This document shows positions 46,455 to 54,627 of a DNA stretch of 64,000 nt, piece by piece. Origin of the DNA: Candidatus Saccharimonadota bacterium (GTDB lineage: Bacteria > Patescibacteriota > Saccharimonadia > Saccharimonadales > AWTP1-31). The stretch covers positions 27,614-91,613 of the forward strand of contig JBPOHZ010000008.1 in assembly GCA_052034955.1 (NCBI GenBank), read 5' to 3'. The notes under the pieces are model-generated. The model was given only the letters and a program-made list of their open reading frames with translations, made no database searches and was not told the DNA's origin. Positions within the stretch are counted from its first letter, which is position 1; each line of letters starts with the position of its first letter. Position numbers and translations under genes: made by a program.

Positions 46455-49331
46455 ATGAAACATTTTAATGATGGTATGCCGTCTGCCGACTCTGCGGAGT
46501 TAGAGGCTATTTTGACTTACGTTAGGCGTGACGATGAACCGCTTTTCTGTGATCCAAATTCCATTCCTGGCCCCGACGAAATTATGCAAGAGCTGGGCAT
46601 TGACGAGGTGACGATTCCACGAATGCCTCGACTAAGAGCTGACCAACGATTTGATTATGAATCAACTAGGACTTTATCAGCAAGGGATGTGGGGGCGCGT
46701 CGTTTGCCTAGTAATGCCACCGTAGTTAGGGATAAAGATGGACAGTTCCGAGTAGACTTTAGGGTTGACCCCATGAGTCCAGCGAATATCGTGCGAACTC
46801 AAGCCGCTCTTACGGGGATGTTTGGACGTGCGGCTAGCGAAGCATTAGTTAACCCATCGGTTCAAAAAGAAGTAGATCCTCGTGATCGTCCCAATCCTCT
46901 TCCGCCGGGTTCTGTAAAAACTCTAGACGAATATATGCGGGAAGCGGTGGTATTTGGGGCTGATGCCCTACAAGAACGTAAAGACGAAGTGCGTTCAGTA
47001 GTTGCTGCAAGTGTCATAGCTGGTGTGTTGATGACCGGTACACCCCAGATTAGTGCGCCATCAAGACCTGCAGCTGTGTCGGCTCAGCCAGCGAAGCGAG
47101 CAGGCGAATCTCCGAAGGATATGAAATCAAAGGAATCCACTGATCCAGTAGAACGTGTACTTCCGATTAGCCTGGTTTCCGCAAGTTACGTGCCAAAAAA
47201 ACCGACACATTTGCGCGCAGTCGCTATTGCATTGGGTGTTCCAACAAAGCAAATTAAGGCAGCTAACCCTCATCTTGATCCAAAAGCAGAAATTCCTGCT
47301 GGAACAGTTATAAATGCCGAAGTTAAAACCTCATCGCTGACTATAGATGAGTCAATGCCCGTTGGCTCTGTTGCAAGGGCATTTGGTTTGACTGACGATG
47401 CTGTACTAAGCGTTAATGAACCTAACCAAGATGGACTTCTTCAGGGACGAATAAATATTCCCCGAACGCTAGTCAAGTTAGATGACGGAATGAGGCCTAA
47501 TATTGGAGCAGTGGCAAAAGAATATGGACTTGGCCCCGATCAGGCCCGTGATCTCCATTATGCCAATAATCACACTCCTGCCGGTATTCTGGTTTTGCCG
47601 GTCAATACCGAGATTGGCGATCATCCAGATGCCGTTAATCAGCTGGTCGCCATTGCTCAGTCAGAAAGCGAAGTTATAGATACTCCGGCAATAGTTGTTC
47701 CCGATGCAACGGTTCCTGTTGACAACCCTCCCGCCGAACCACCGATTGTCGAGACTCCACCTGCTGAACCAGCGGTAGTTGAAGCGCCGCCGGTTGTCGA
47801 GACTCCTCCCGCCGAACCGGTAGAGACTACCGTTCCACCGGTCTCCGATCCCGAGTCTACGCAACTAGACAACACGTCAACTACCTTACCTACTGCCGAA
47901 CCGCCAGTTATCGAAACACCGCCCGCCGAACCGCCGGTAGTCGAAACACCGCCGGTTGTCGAGACTCCTCCCGCCGAACCAGCGGTAGTTGAAGCGCCGC
48001 CGGTAGTCGAGACTCCACCCGCCGAACCGCCAGTTCAGCCTCCAGTACCAACCGGTGCTCCCGATGTCTTTGCATCACAGCGGGATAACCCGAGTATGGG
48101 CGAAAGACCGAATGGTAAGCCGATCAACTCTACAAATACCTGTAACATAACTTCGTTAACCATGGCGCTTCAGGGGCTAGGCTTGCTCCAGGGTGTGGCA
48201 GATGGTGCGCAGCCTGAACAGCTGGTGGTTTTGAAATACTTGAGTGATCTCGCCAAAAAAGGTCGTGATATAACCGATCCATTTACCTTACAAAAACTTG
48301 CTGAGCAATTTGGTGCAAACGGCGAAGTACGTGAGGTGCAGAATAACTTCCTATTCTGGGTGGATCTAAATAATCGACTACTAAACGGTGAGAAGGTAAT
48401 CATGAGCATCTCGGGTCATATAGTTCATGTTAAAGAAATGAATATGATGGGTATCGTCGTCGACGATCCTGCTGGCGCCTCGGTCCTACTTCACAAAGTA
48501 AATGGTCGTTGGGTATCGAGTAGTGATCCGAATATTACCGACCGCTCCGGAACAGAATGGTATGAATTTAGTGCACTCAACAGTAAAAACCCAGCATCAC
48601 CAAATCAACCCGGACAGCCTGGCGACAATCATCTTTGGCCATGGTCAGATGTGGGTGAGTATCAGCACTTTAATTGGGTCTTAACGCTCCGCGGAAATTC
48701 TCCTACGCCTCCACCGGCTCCGCCAGTACCGCCAGTAGCTCCACCAGCCGCAGAAGTACCAGCTCCGGAGCAGCCTCCAGTAGAGACCCAAGCCCCCGTA
48801 ACGGAAGAAGTAGATTATGCAAAACTCGACGCATTACAAAGAAATATTCTACCGGTTACGGCAGGCATACCTGCCGAGTACCTCCCGCTCATTAAGGCTA
48901 GCGAGCACTTTTCGGCCATCCAGCTTGCCGCTCAGATAAAGAACGAGAGTAACTTTAATCCAAATGCCCGAAGCGGTGCTGGGGCTGTTGGCCTTGGACA
49001 GTTTACGAATGGAGCTTGGGATGAAATGGGCAGAAGATATCCTGAGCTCACCAACCCAAATGCCAGTCGTAATGATCCCGTCGAGTCAATTATTCGACAG
49101 CGACTTTATATGGACGATATGTACGATCTTGTTCAGAAGTATTTATCAGAAGGCAAGATAAGCGGCGATCCTATTGAGTTGACCTACGCAGCATACAACG
49201 CCGGGATGGGTAATGTCTTGAAGTACAAGGGTGTCCCACCGTTCAAAGAAACTAAAACATACATCGCACGAAATAAGCAGACAATCATGGAATTCGTCCT
49301 ACAAGTAGCGACGGAAAATCCAGGAATTTAA
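46455..49331 (+). CDS. Large secreted cell-wall-active protein: LysM-like repeats, Pro-rich linkers, Cys/His peptidase-like domain, C-terminal GH23 lytic transglycosylase (SLT)
   Basis: GGAAGG lies 8 nt upstream of ATG 46455. Three LysM-like segments. TCNITSL (Cys codon 48141-48143) and SGHIVHV (His codon 48417-48419). SLT motifs IKNESNFNPNA (Glu codon 48945-48947), GLGQF and AYNAGMGNV. Confidence 0.75.
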   Translation: MKHFNDGMPSADSAELEAILTYVRRDDEPLFCDPNSIPGPDEIMQELGIDEVTIPRMPRLRADQRFDYESTRTLSARDVGARRLPSNATVVRDKDGQFRVDFRVDPMSPANIVRTQAALTGMFGRAASEALVNPSVQKEVDPRDRPNPLPPGSVKTLDEYMREAVVFGADALQERKDEVRSVVAASVIAGVLMTGTPQISAPSRPAAVSAQPAKRAGESPKDMKSKESTDPVERVLPISLVSASYVPKKPTHLRAVAIALGVPTKQIKAANPHLDPKAEIPAGTVINAEVKTSSLTIDESMPVGSVARAFGLTDDAVLSVNEPNQDGLLQGRINIPRTLVKLDDGMRPNIGAVAKEYGLGPDQARDLHYANNHTPAGILVLPVNTEIGDHPDAVNQLVAIAQSESEVIDTPAIVVPDATVPVDNPPAEPPIVETPPAEPAVVEAPPVVETPPAEPVETTVPPVSDPESTQLDNTSTTLPTAEPPVIETPPAEPPVVETPPVVETPPAEPAVVEAPPVVETPPAEPPVQPPVPTGAPDVFASQRDNPSMGERPNGKPINSTNTCNITSLTMALQGLGLLQGVADGAQPEQLVVLKYLSDLAKKGRDITDPFTLQKLAEQFGANGEVREVQNNFLFWVDLNNRLLNGEKVIMSISGHIVHVKEMNMMGIVVDDPAGASVLLHKVNGRWVSSSDPNITDRSGTEWYEFSALNSKNPASPNQPGQPGDNHLWPWSDVGEYQHFNWVLTLRGNSPTPPPAPPVPPVAPPAAEVPAPEQPPVETQAPVTEEVDYAKLDALQRNILPVTAGIPAEYLPLIKASEHFSAIQLAAQIKNESNFNPNARSGAGAVGLGQFTNGAWDEMGRRYPELTNPNASRNDPVESIIRQRLYMDDMYDLVQKYLSEGKISGDPIELTYAAYNAGMGNVLKYKGVPPFKETKTYIARNKQTIMEFVLQVATENPGI
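47728..48055 (+). repeat. Pro-rich tandem repeat region (V/I)ETPPAEP(P/A)VV containing long duplicated DNA blocks
   Basis: GTTGTCGAGACTCCTCCCGCCGAACC and GAACCAGCGGTAGTTGAAGCGCCGCCGG each occur twice, about 200 nt apart. Confidence 0.85.
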
Positions 49332-49343
49332 AAAACAAGGATA

Positions 49344-50327
49344 ATGAAAGGAAATACAATGAGCGATCCAGAAAACAGTGCCGAACTAAGAATCCCCAAA
49401 CGACAAAAAAATACAAGACATAATCAGCATCGTATAATACGAAAACCCAAGAGATTAGCTGCTATGACATTAGCTGCCGTACTATCAGTTGGGGCTGCTG
49501 CTGATTACCTTGGTCTTATTGATCTGCCCGGGTTTCCTGATTTTAGCGCTAATCCCGGACAAATCCCGGGCAAGACGGTTTTAGAAGATATTGATATAGT
49601 TAAGTTTAGAGCCAGTAGCACAGATGCTCTGGGAGAAGCTACGGTTAAGGTCGACAGAGTAACTCAAGTTATGATCGACAAACCAGAAAAAGGCGACAAA
49701 AAATCTAATCCACACGAGACACGTATCTATGACGAGGGTGAGTATACTGCTCAGTGGGTTGTATCTGGAGTTTGGAAACCAGAACTTCAGCCAAATGGTG
49801 ACTTAGTAGTAACTCTGCCAGAGTCTCAAGGCAAGAGAATTGTTACCGAAAAGGATCCTAAATATAATGACGATGCCAGCGAAATTGCTACTATGCAATG
49901 GATTGGTAGTTTGGGTGGTGCAAGTACTGAAGATGATATCGCCTATGACAATGCCAGGACAAAGCTTACGGACTGGGCGAACGATCCCGAGCAGAGCGGA
50001 ACTTTCCATAGAGCTGTATCTTGCGTGGCGCTTGCTGGAGCTGCTGGTAAAGCCGAAGCATTTTCGCTTAGTACACCTGTAAATATTGTAAAATTCACTC
50101 CAGCTCGTGAGCCAGTTGCGGCACCAGAAGAAGGACTTCCTACAATTAGCTTCCAGATTCCAAATCCCACAGAAAAGGGAAGTATGCTAAATATGGAAAG
50201 TTGCCTTGAAACCCTTGATGACATGGGTTTTGACCCCAAGACAATGTCAACCGATAACCAAAGCGCCGTTGGCCTGGCAACATATCACATTAAAAAGTTA
50301 GAGTTACCAGAGCATATTCAAGAGTAA
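49344..50327 (+). CDS. Hypothetical membrane-anchored or secreted protein
   Basis: 327-aa ORF. Basic N-terminus followed by the TM/signal segment LAAMTLAAVLSVGAAA. The alternative ATG at 49359 has better AAAGGA spacing. Confidence 0.6.
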   Translation: MKGNTMSDPENSAELRIPKRQKNTRHNQHRIIRKPKRLAAMTLAAVLSVGAAADYLGLIDLPGFPDFSANPGQIPGKTVLEDIDIVKFRASSTDALGEATVKVDRVTQVMIDKPEKGDKKSNPHETRIYDEGEYTAQWVVSGVWKPELQPNGDLVVTLPESQGKRIVTEKDPKYNDDASEIATMQWIGSLGGASTEDDIAYDNARTKLTDWANDPEQSGTFHRAVSCVALAGAAGKAEAFSLSTPVNIVKFTPAREPVAAPEEGLPTISFQIPNPTEKGSMLNMESCLETLDDMGFDPKTMSTDNQSAVGLATYHIKKLELPEHIQE

Positions 50328-50345
50328 ACACTATATAATAGCTTT

Positions 50346-51851
50346 GTGAATCAACAGCTATCAGAAAAACTAAAGTCACTACCCAAAGAACCGGGCGTCT
50401 ACTTTCATAAAAGTAAAACAGGCGAGATTATTTATGTTGGCAAAGCGGCCATACTTCGAAATCGGGTAAGACAGTATTTTCAGAAATCTAGGACACGAGA
50501 TCCCAAAACCGATCTTTTAGTCGCAGAAATACACGATACCGATTGGCAAGTAGTAGACAGCGAATTTGAGGCCCTATTCCTGGAAGCCGAGATGATCCGT
50601 CGCTACATGCCAAGGTATAATATTTTACTTCGCGACGACAAAAGTCAGACTTTTGTGCGGATCGACTTTAAGCAGCAATATCCGTCAGTTACTACCACTC
50701 GTCGACCGTTGGACGATGGAGCAACTTATTATGGCCCGTTCCTGAGCACGATTGCCGTGCGTCGAGCCTTAAAATATTTGCGAAAAATTTTCCCATATTC
50801 AACCCATACTACCTTGCCGTCACGAGCCTGTTTGCTGGTGCACCTGCATTTATGCCCCGGCCCAGAAACCGGCGAGTTAGACGAAAAAGGGTACAAGTCT
50901 AGCCTTCGCAAATTGGTACGAGTTATCGAGGGCCACAAAGGTTCAATCGTAAAAGAGCTCGAAAAAGATATGAAAGTAGCATCTAAGGCTGCCGATTTTG
51001 AGCAAGCTGCCAAAATCCGTGACCAAATTACCGACCTTAACGACCTAGATAAGCGAGTACTGTTTAGTGACAAAGAATTTATGGACCTGTCCAAAGATCA
51101 TGCTTTGGTAGATCTAACGGATTTGCTTGGGCTTTTAAAAGTACCACGCCGCATAGAAGGATATGACATTAGTCATATGTCTGGAACAGATGTAGTCGCC
51201 AGTATGGTGGTCTTTAGTAACGGAGCTGCCGACAAATCAAATTATCGTAAGTTCAAATCTCGCATGCAGAACAATGACGACTTCGAACACATGCGCGAAA
51301 CCATGACTCGACGCTTTAGCGAGAAGAATATTAAAGCTTGGGGAAAGCCCGATTTATTATTAATCGACGGTGGCAAGGGGCAGCTCGAAGCGGCGTTAGG
51401 AGTGCTCCGCGAAAAAAATATTCAAATTCCAGCGATCGGAATCGCCAAAAAGCATGAAGAGATTGTAGTCCGAAATGACTGGCCATTTACTAAACTTCAA
51501 CCAACCGTTGTCTTAAAGCAAAGAGGCTTTAGTCGAGTAAGCGATGATTTTACGCTTGTAGACCTACCCAACAATAGTAATGTCGTAAAACTACTTCAAC
51601 GAATTCGTGACGAGTCTCACCGTTTTGCAGTCAGCTACCACTCAGTTTTAAAAGTTAAAAGACAGACAGCCAGCATTTTGGATGACGTTCCAGGTATTGG
51701 GCCACTAACACGGAAGAAACTGATCCGTACATTTGGAAGTTTACGAGGAGTCCAGCAAGCTCGACAAATAGAGCTCGAAAAGATCCTTGGCGAGAAGAAA
51801 GCCACCGTGCTCAGGCAGTATTTAAGAGCTGCCAAAAAAGAAGAGTTATAA
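50346..51851 (+). CDS. uvrC: Excinuclease ABC subunit C
   Basis: 501 aa. GIY-YIG (GVYFHK...IIYVGKA...YF), UVR-like region (FEQAAKIRDQI), endonuclease domain, and C-terminal HhH (GIGPLTRKKLIRTFGS). GTG start lies 6 nt after TATAAT. Confidence 0.9.
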   Translation: MNQQLSEKLKSLPKEPGVYFHKSKTGEIIYVGKAAILRNRVRQYFQKSRTRDPKTDLLVAEIHDTDWQVVDSEFEALFLEAEMIRRYMPRYNILLRDDKSQTFVRIDFKQQYPSVTTTRRPLDDGATYYGPFLSTIAVRRALKYLRKIFPYSTHTTLPSRACLLVHLHLCPGPETGELDEKGYKSSLRKLVRVIEGHKGSIVKELEKDMKVASKAADFEQAAKIRDQITDLNDLDKRVLFSDKEFMDLSKDHALVDLTDLLGLLKVPRRIEGYDISHMSGTDVVASMVVFSNGAADKSNYRKFKSRMQNNDDFEHMRETMTRRFSEKNIKAWGKPDLLLIDGGKGQLEAALGVLREKNIQIPAIGIAKKHEEIVVRNDWPFTKLQPTVVLKQRGFSRVSDDFTLVDLPNNSNVVKLLQRIRDESHRFAVSYHSVLKVKRQTASILDDVPGIGPLTRKKLIRTFGSLRGVQQARQIELEKILGEKKATVLRQYLRAAKKEEL

Positions 51852-51875
51852 AGTTTGATATACTAAGGTCTTGCT

Positions 51876-53102
51876 ATGGTAGAGAGCCTTAACGCAGAGT
51901 TTTATTCCAACAACCGTGCCCGCCTTAGAAAATTGTTTCAGGGCAAGGCGCCTATTGTAATTACGGCCCATGGCCAAGTTCAACAAGGCGGCGATTATGC
52001 CTACAAGTTCCATCAGGATGGAAGCTTTTTATACCTGACGGGTATTGATCAGCCAAACATAGTTTTGGTTATAGATAAAGAAAAAGAATACCTGATCTTG
52101 CCCGATCGTAGCGACTACTCTGATATATTTGACGGAGCATTTAATCCGGCAAAGTTTGCCGAGCTATCAGGTATAAATGAGGTGCTAGATAATAAAACTG
52201 GCTGGAAAAAACTGACTGCAAGATTCAGAAAAGCAAAACACTTTGCGACTTTGGCACCTCTTCCGGCCTACGTAGATAGCCACGACTTTTATGCCAATCC
52301 AGCCCGGGCCAATTTAATCGCTAAAATTAAACAGATCAACCCAGCCTTAGAAGCTCTTGATCTGCGCCAGCATCTTGGAGTTATGAGGATGGTAAAGCAG
52401 GCTCCAGAGATCGAGGCAATCCAACAGGCAGTTGATGTTACTGTTCAAACCTTTAAAGAGGTGCGCACCAGGCTGGCCAAGCAAGAGTATGAGTATCAGG
52501 TCGAAGCGGCCTTGAGCTATGGTTTTCGTAAACGTGGTTCCGATGGACACGCTTACGATCCAATTGTGGCCGGCGGACTAAACTCTTGCACTCTTCATTA
52601 CTGTCAAAACAATAGTCGTCTAAACCACGGTGAATTAGTCCTAATAGATGCTGGCTCACAAGTTAATCGTTATGCAGCCGACATCTCTCGAACTTATAGC
52701 GTCAGTGGCGAACCGTCCAAGAGGCAAAAACAAATCCATAGTGCAGTGATGGAAGTCAGGCAGTTCGCCTTGGATCATCTTAAGCCGGGTATCACTATTC
52801 GGGAGAACGAAAAGCTTGTAGAGCAATTCATGGGAGAGAAGCTTCGCTCACTGGGGCTAATACGTAATGTCGAACATGATGAAATACGTAAGTACTACCC
52901 GCACGCAACATCTCACTTTCTAGGCTTAGACGTTCATGATGGAGGTGACTATGAGCGTGCCCTTGAACCAGGGGTGGTGCTGACTGTCGAACCAGGAATT
53001 TATATAGAGGAAGAATCTATCGGTATCCGCATAGAAGACGATGTTCTAATTACCGACGATGGCAATGTAGTTATGTCTGCAAAATTGCCCCACGAACTCT
53101 AG
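51876..53102 (+). CDS. Xaa-Pro aminopeptidase (M24B family)
   Basis: 408 aa. Metal ligand pattern DAG...D (LIDAGSQVNRYAADISR), HATSHFLGLDVHD, TVEPGIY, and IRIEDD. Confidence 0.88.
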   Translation: MVESLNAEFYSNNRARLRKLFQGKAPIVITAHGQVQQGGDYAYKFHQDGSFLYLTGIDQPNIVLVIDKEKEYLILPDRSDYSDIFDGAFNPAKFAELSGINEVLDNKTGWKKLTARFRKAKHFATLAPLPAYVDSHDFYANPARANLIAKIKQINPALEALDLRQHLGVMRMVKQAPEIEAIQQAVDVTVQTFKEVRTRLAKQEYEYQVEAALSYGFRKRGSDGHAYDPIVAGGLNSCTLHYCQNNSRLNHGELVLIDAGSQVNRYAADISRTYSVSGEPSKRQKQIHSAVMEVRQFALDHLKPGITIRENEKLVEQFMGEKLRSLGLIRNVEHDEIRKYYPHATSHFLGLDVHDGGDYERALEPGVVLTVEPGIYIEEESIGIRIEDDVLITDDGNVVMSAKLPHEL

Positions 53103-53120
53103 CCAGGTATACTTAAATAA

Positions 53121-53339
53121 ATGAGCAGAACGGATTACTTTAAATACTTGTCCTTAGTTCTATTGGCAATACTCTTTACACTTTTTGTAGTTAGTTATTC
53201 GGGCTATATTAAACACAGGGCGCCGCTTAAGGCCGTAGACCCAAACGTAAAATACGGCTACTTCCACCATCTAAAAGTTGTTACTTGGGCGACCCTAATT
53301 TATCGAATCGGCGTACGACTAAAATCAAAACGTAAATGA
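53121..53339 (+). CDS. Hypothetical small membrane protein
   Basis: 72-aa ORF with one TM helix. Confidence 0.35.
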   Translation: MSRTDYFKYLSLVLLAILFTLFVVSYSGYIKHRAPLKAVDPNVKYGYFHHLKVVTWATLIYRIGVRLKSKRK

Positions 53340-53965
53340 CAAACGATGATTTATCGTTAGTAACGTTGGACAACGCTAGTAGCTACTTGGAGCAAAACGA
53401 AAAAATAGTTACCAGGCTGATAGCCCAACAGAGCATGGCCGATCTGGATATCATGGCCGTCGAGATTACCAAATCGGAGTTCAAAAAAGTCGATTTCACA
53501 GGCAGTAGTCTGCGCCGAATTACACTGAGCAACTGCAAGTTCGAGCACTGTGATTTTATTACAACTGACATGTCGGATGGTGGCGTTCGACTTTGCGTAT
53601 TTATTAGTTGCCGGATCTCAAATCTAGATCTATCCACTAGCCACCTAAAAGATCTGATATTCAGGGATTGTAAGATAGATTCGCTAAATCTACGGATGAC
53701 CAAATGCCAGGCAATCACATTTGTGGATTGCATCATAGACGAGGTAGATATGTTAGGCTCGGAACTATCCAAGGTAAAGTTCGAAAAATGCCAAATAGCC
53801 AAAATTGATATTTCCAACTCCAAACTTAATAAAGTAGATATCTCCGAGTCCGAAGTGGTAGGAGTAAACGGACTACCAACGGCCAAAGGCTTAATTATTA
53901 GCGACCAACAACTTTACCAGCTAGCTCCAATGTTTGCCAACGAGTTGGGTATTATTGTCTCTTAA
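53336..53965 (+). CDS. Pentapeptide-repeat protein
   Basis: 209 aa. Long run of A(D/N)LXX-type pentads, for example DFTGSSLRRITLSNCKFEHCDFITTDMSDG. Confidence 0.8.
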   Translation: MTNDDLSLVTLDNASSYLEQNEKIVTRLIAQQSMADLDIMAVEITKSEFKKVDFTGSSLRRITLSNCKFEHCDFITTDMSDGGVRLCVFISCRISNLDLSTSHLKDLIFRDCKIDSLNLRMTKCQAITFVDCIIDEVDMLGSELSKVKFEKCQIAKIDISNSKLNKVDISESEVVGVNGLPTAKGLIISDQQLYQLAPMFANELGIIVS

Positions 53966-54007
53966 CTTTGAATTCATTAGAGCGCTTATGCTACAATTGG
54001 TTTAACT

Positions 54008-54370
54008 ATGAAAAAGCCACTAGGCCGATTTTTAATTCGCTGGTTTGTTTGCAGCTTGGGTCTTTGGATTGCTGCAGCATTACTTGGTGACAAGATAAAC
54101 TACGGAGAAAGCTCCGGAGTGATAATTATTTCCGGATTAATCTTAGCTTTGGTTAACGCCATCATTAAACCTTTGGTTATTTTGCTGTCTCTGCCAGCTA
54201 TTTTATTTAGCTTAGGATTGTTTATGATTGTTATCAATGGATTAATGGTCATGTTGGTCAGCAAACTTTATTCTCCGTTGCACGTCACTAACTTTGCGGC
54301 TGCCATGATTGGCGGAATGGTTATCGGATTAGTAAACTATCTGGTGACCACTATTCTAGAAGACAAATAA
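54008..54370 (+). CDS. DUF360 / phage-holin-4-like membrane protein (YvlD-like)
   Basis: 120 aa with 4 TM helices. LVNAIIKPLVILLSLPAILFSLGLFMIVINGLM matches the DUF360 core pattern. Confidence 0.75.
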   Translation: MKKPLGRFLIRWFVCSLGLWIAAALLGDKINYGESSGVIIISGLILALVNAIIKPLVILLSLPAILFSLGLFMIVINGLMVMLVSKLYSPLHVTNFAAAMIGGMVIGLVNYLVTTILEDK

Positions 54371-54390
54371 ATAGTACAATAGGTTCAAAT

Positions 54391-54603
54391 ATGAATATAT
54401 TCAATTACATTACTATTGGTTCGATGGTCCTGGTTACTATTTTAATTCTTATCCAAACTCGTGGAGCATCGCTGGGTGCCGGGCTTGGCGGCGGCGGAGA
54501 AGTAAACAGTGTTCGACGGGGTTCCGACAAGACTCTACACCAGATAACAATTCTATTAGTGATTATTTTTGGTGTATCACTTATCCTCGGCATATTAAAT
54601 TAA
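54391..54603 (+). CDS. secG: Preprotein translocase subunit SecG
   Basis: 70 aa with two TM helices flanking the Gly-rich loop QTRGASLGAGLGGGG. Confidence 0.8.
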   Translation: MNIFNYITIGSMVLVTILILIQTRGASLGAGLGGGGEVNSVRRGSDKTLHQITILLVIIFGVSLILGILN

Positions 54604-54627
54604 GCATTAAACAAGTGTGGGCATAAA

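Noticed and set aside
46242-46463. Minus-strand ORF of 73 aa
   Set aside because: It covers RNA motif copy C and its terminator, and runs into the start of the + strand gene. It is most likely spurious.
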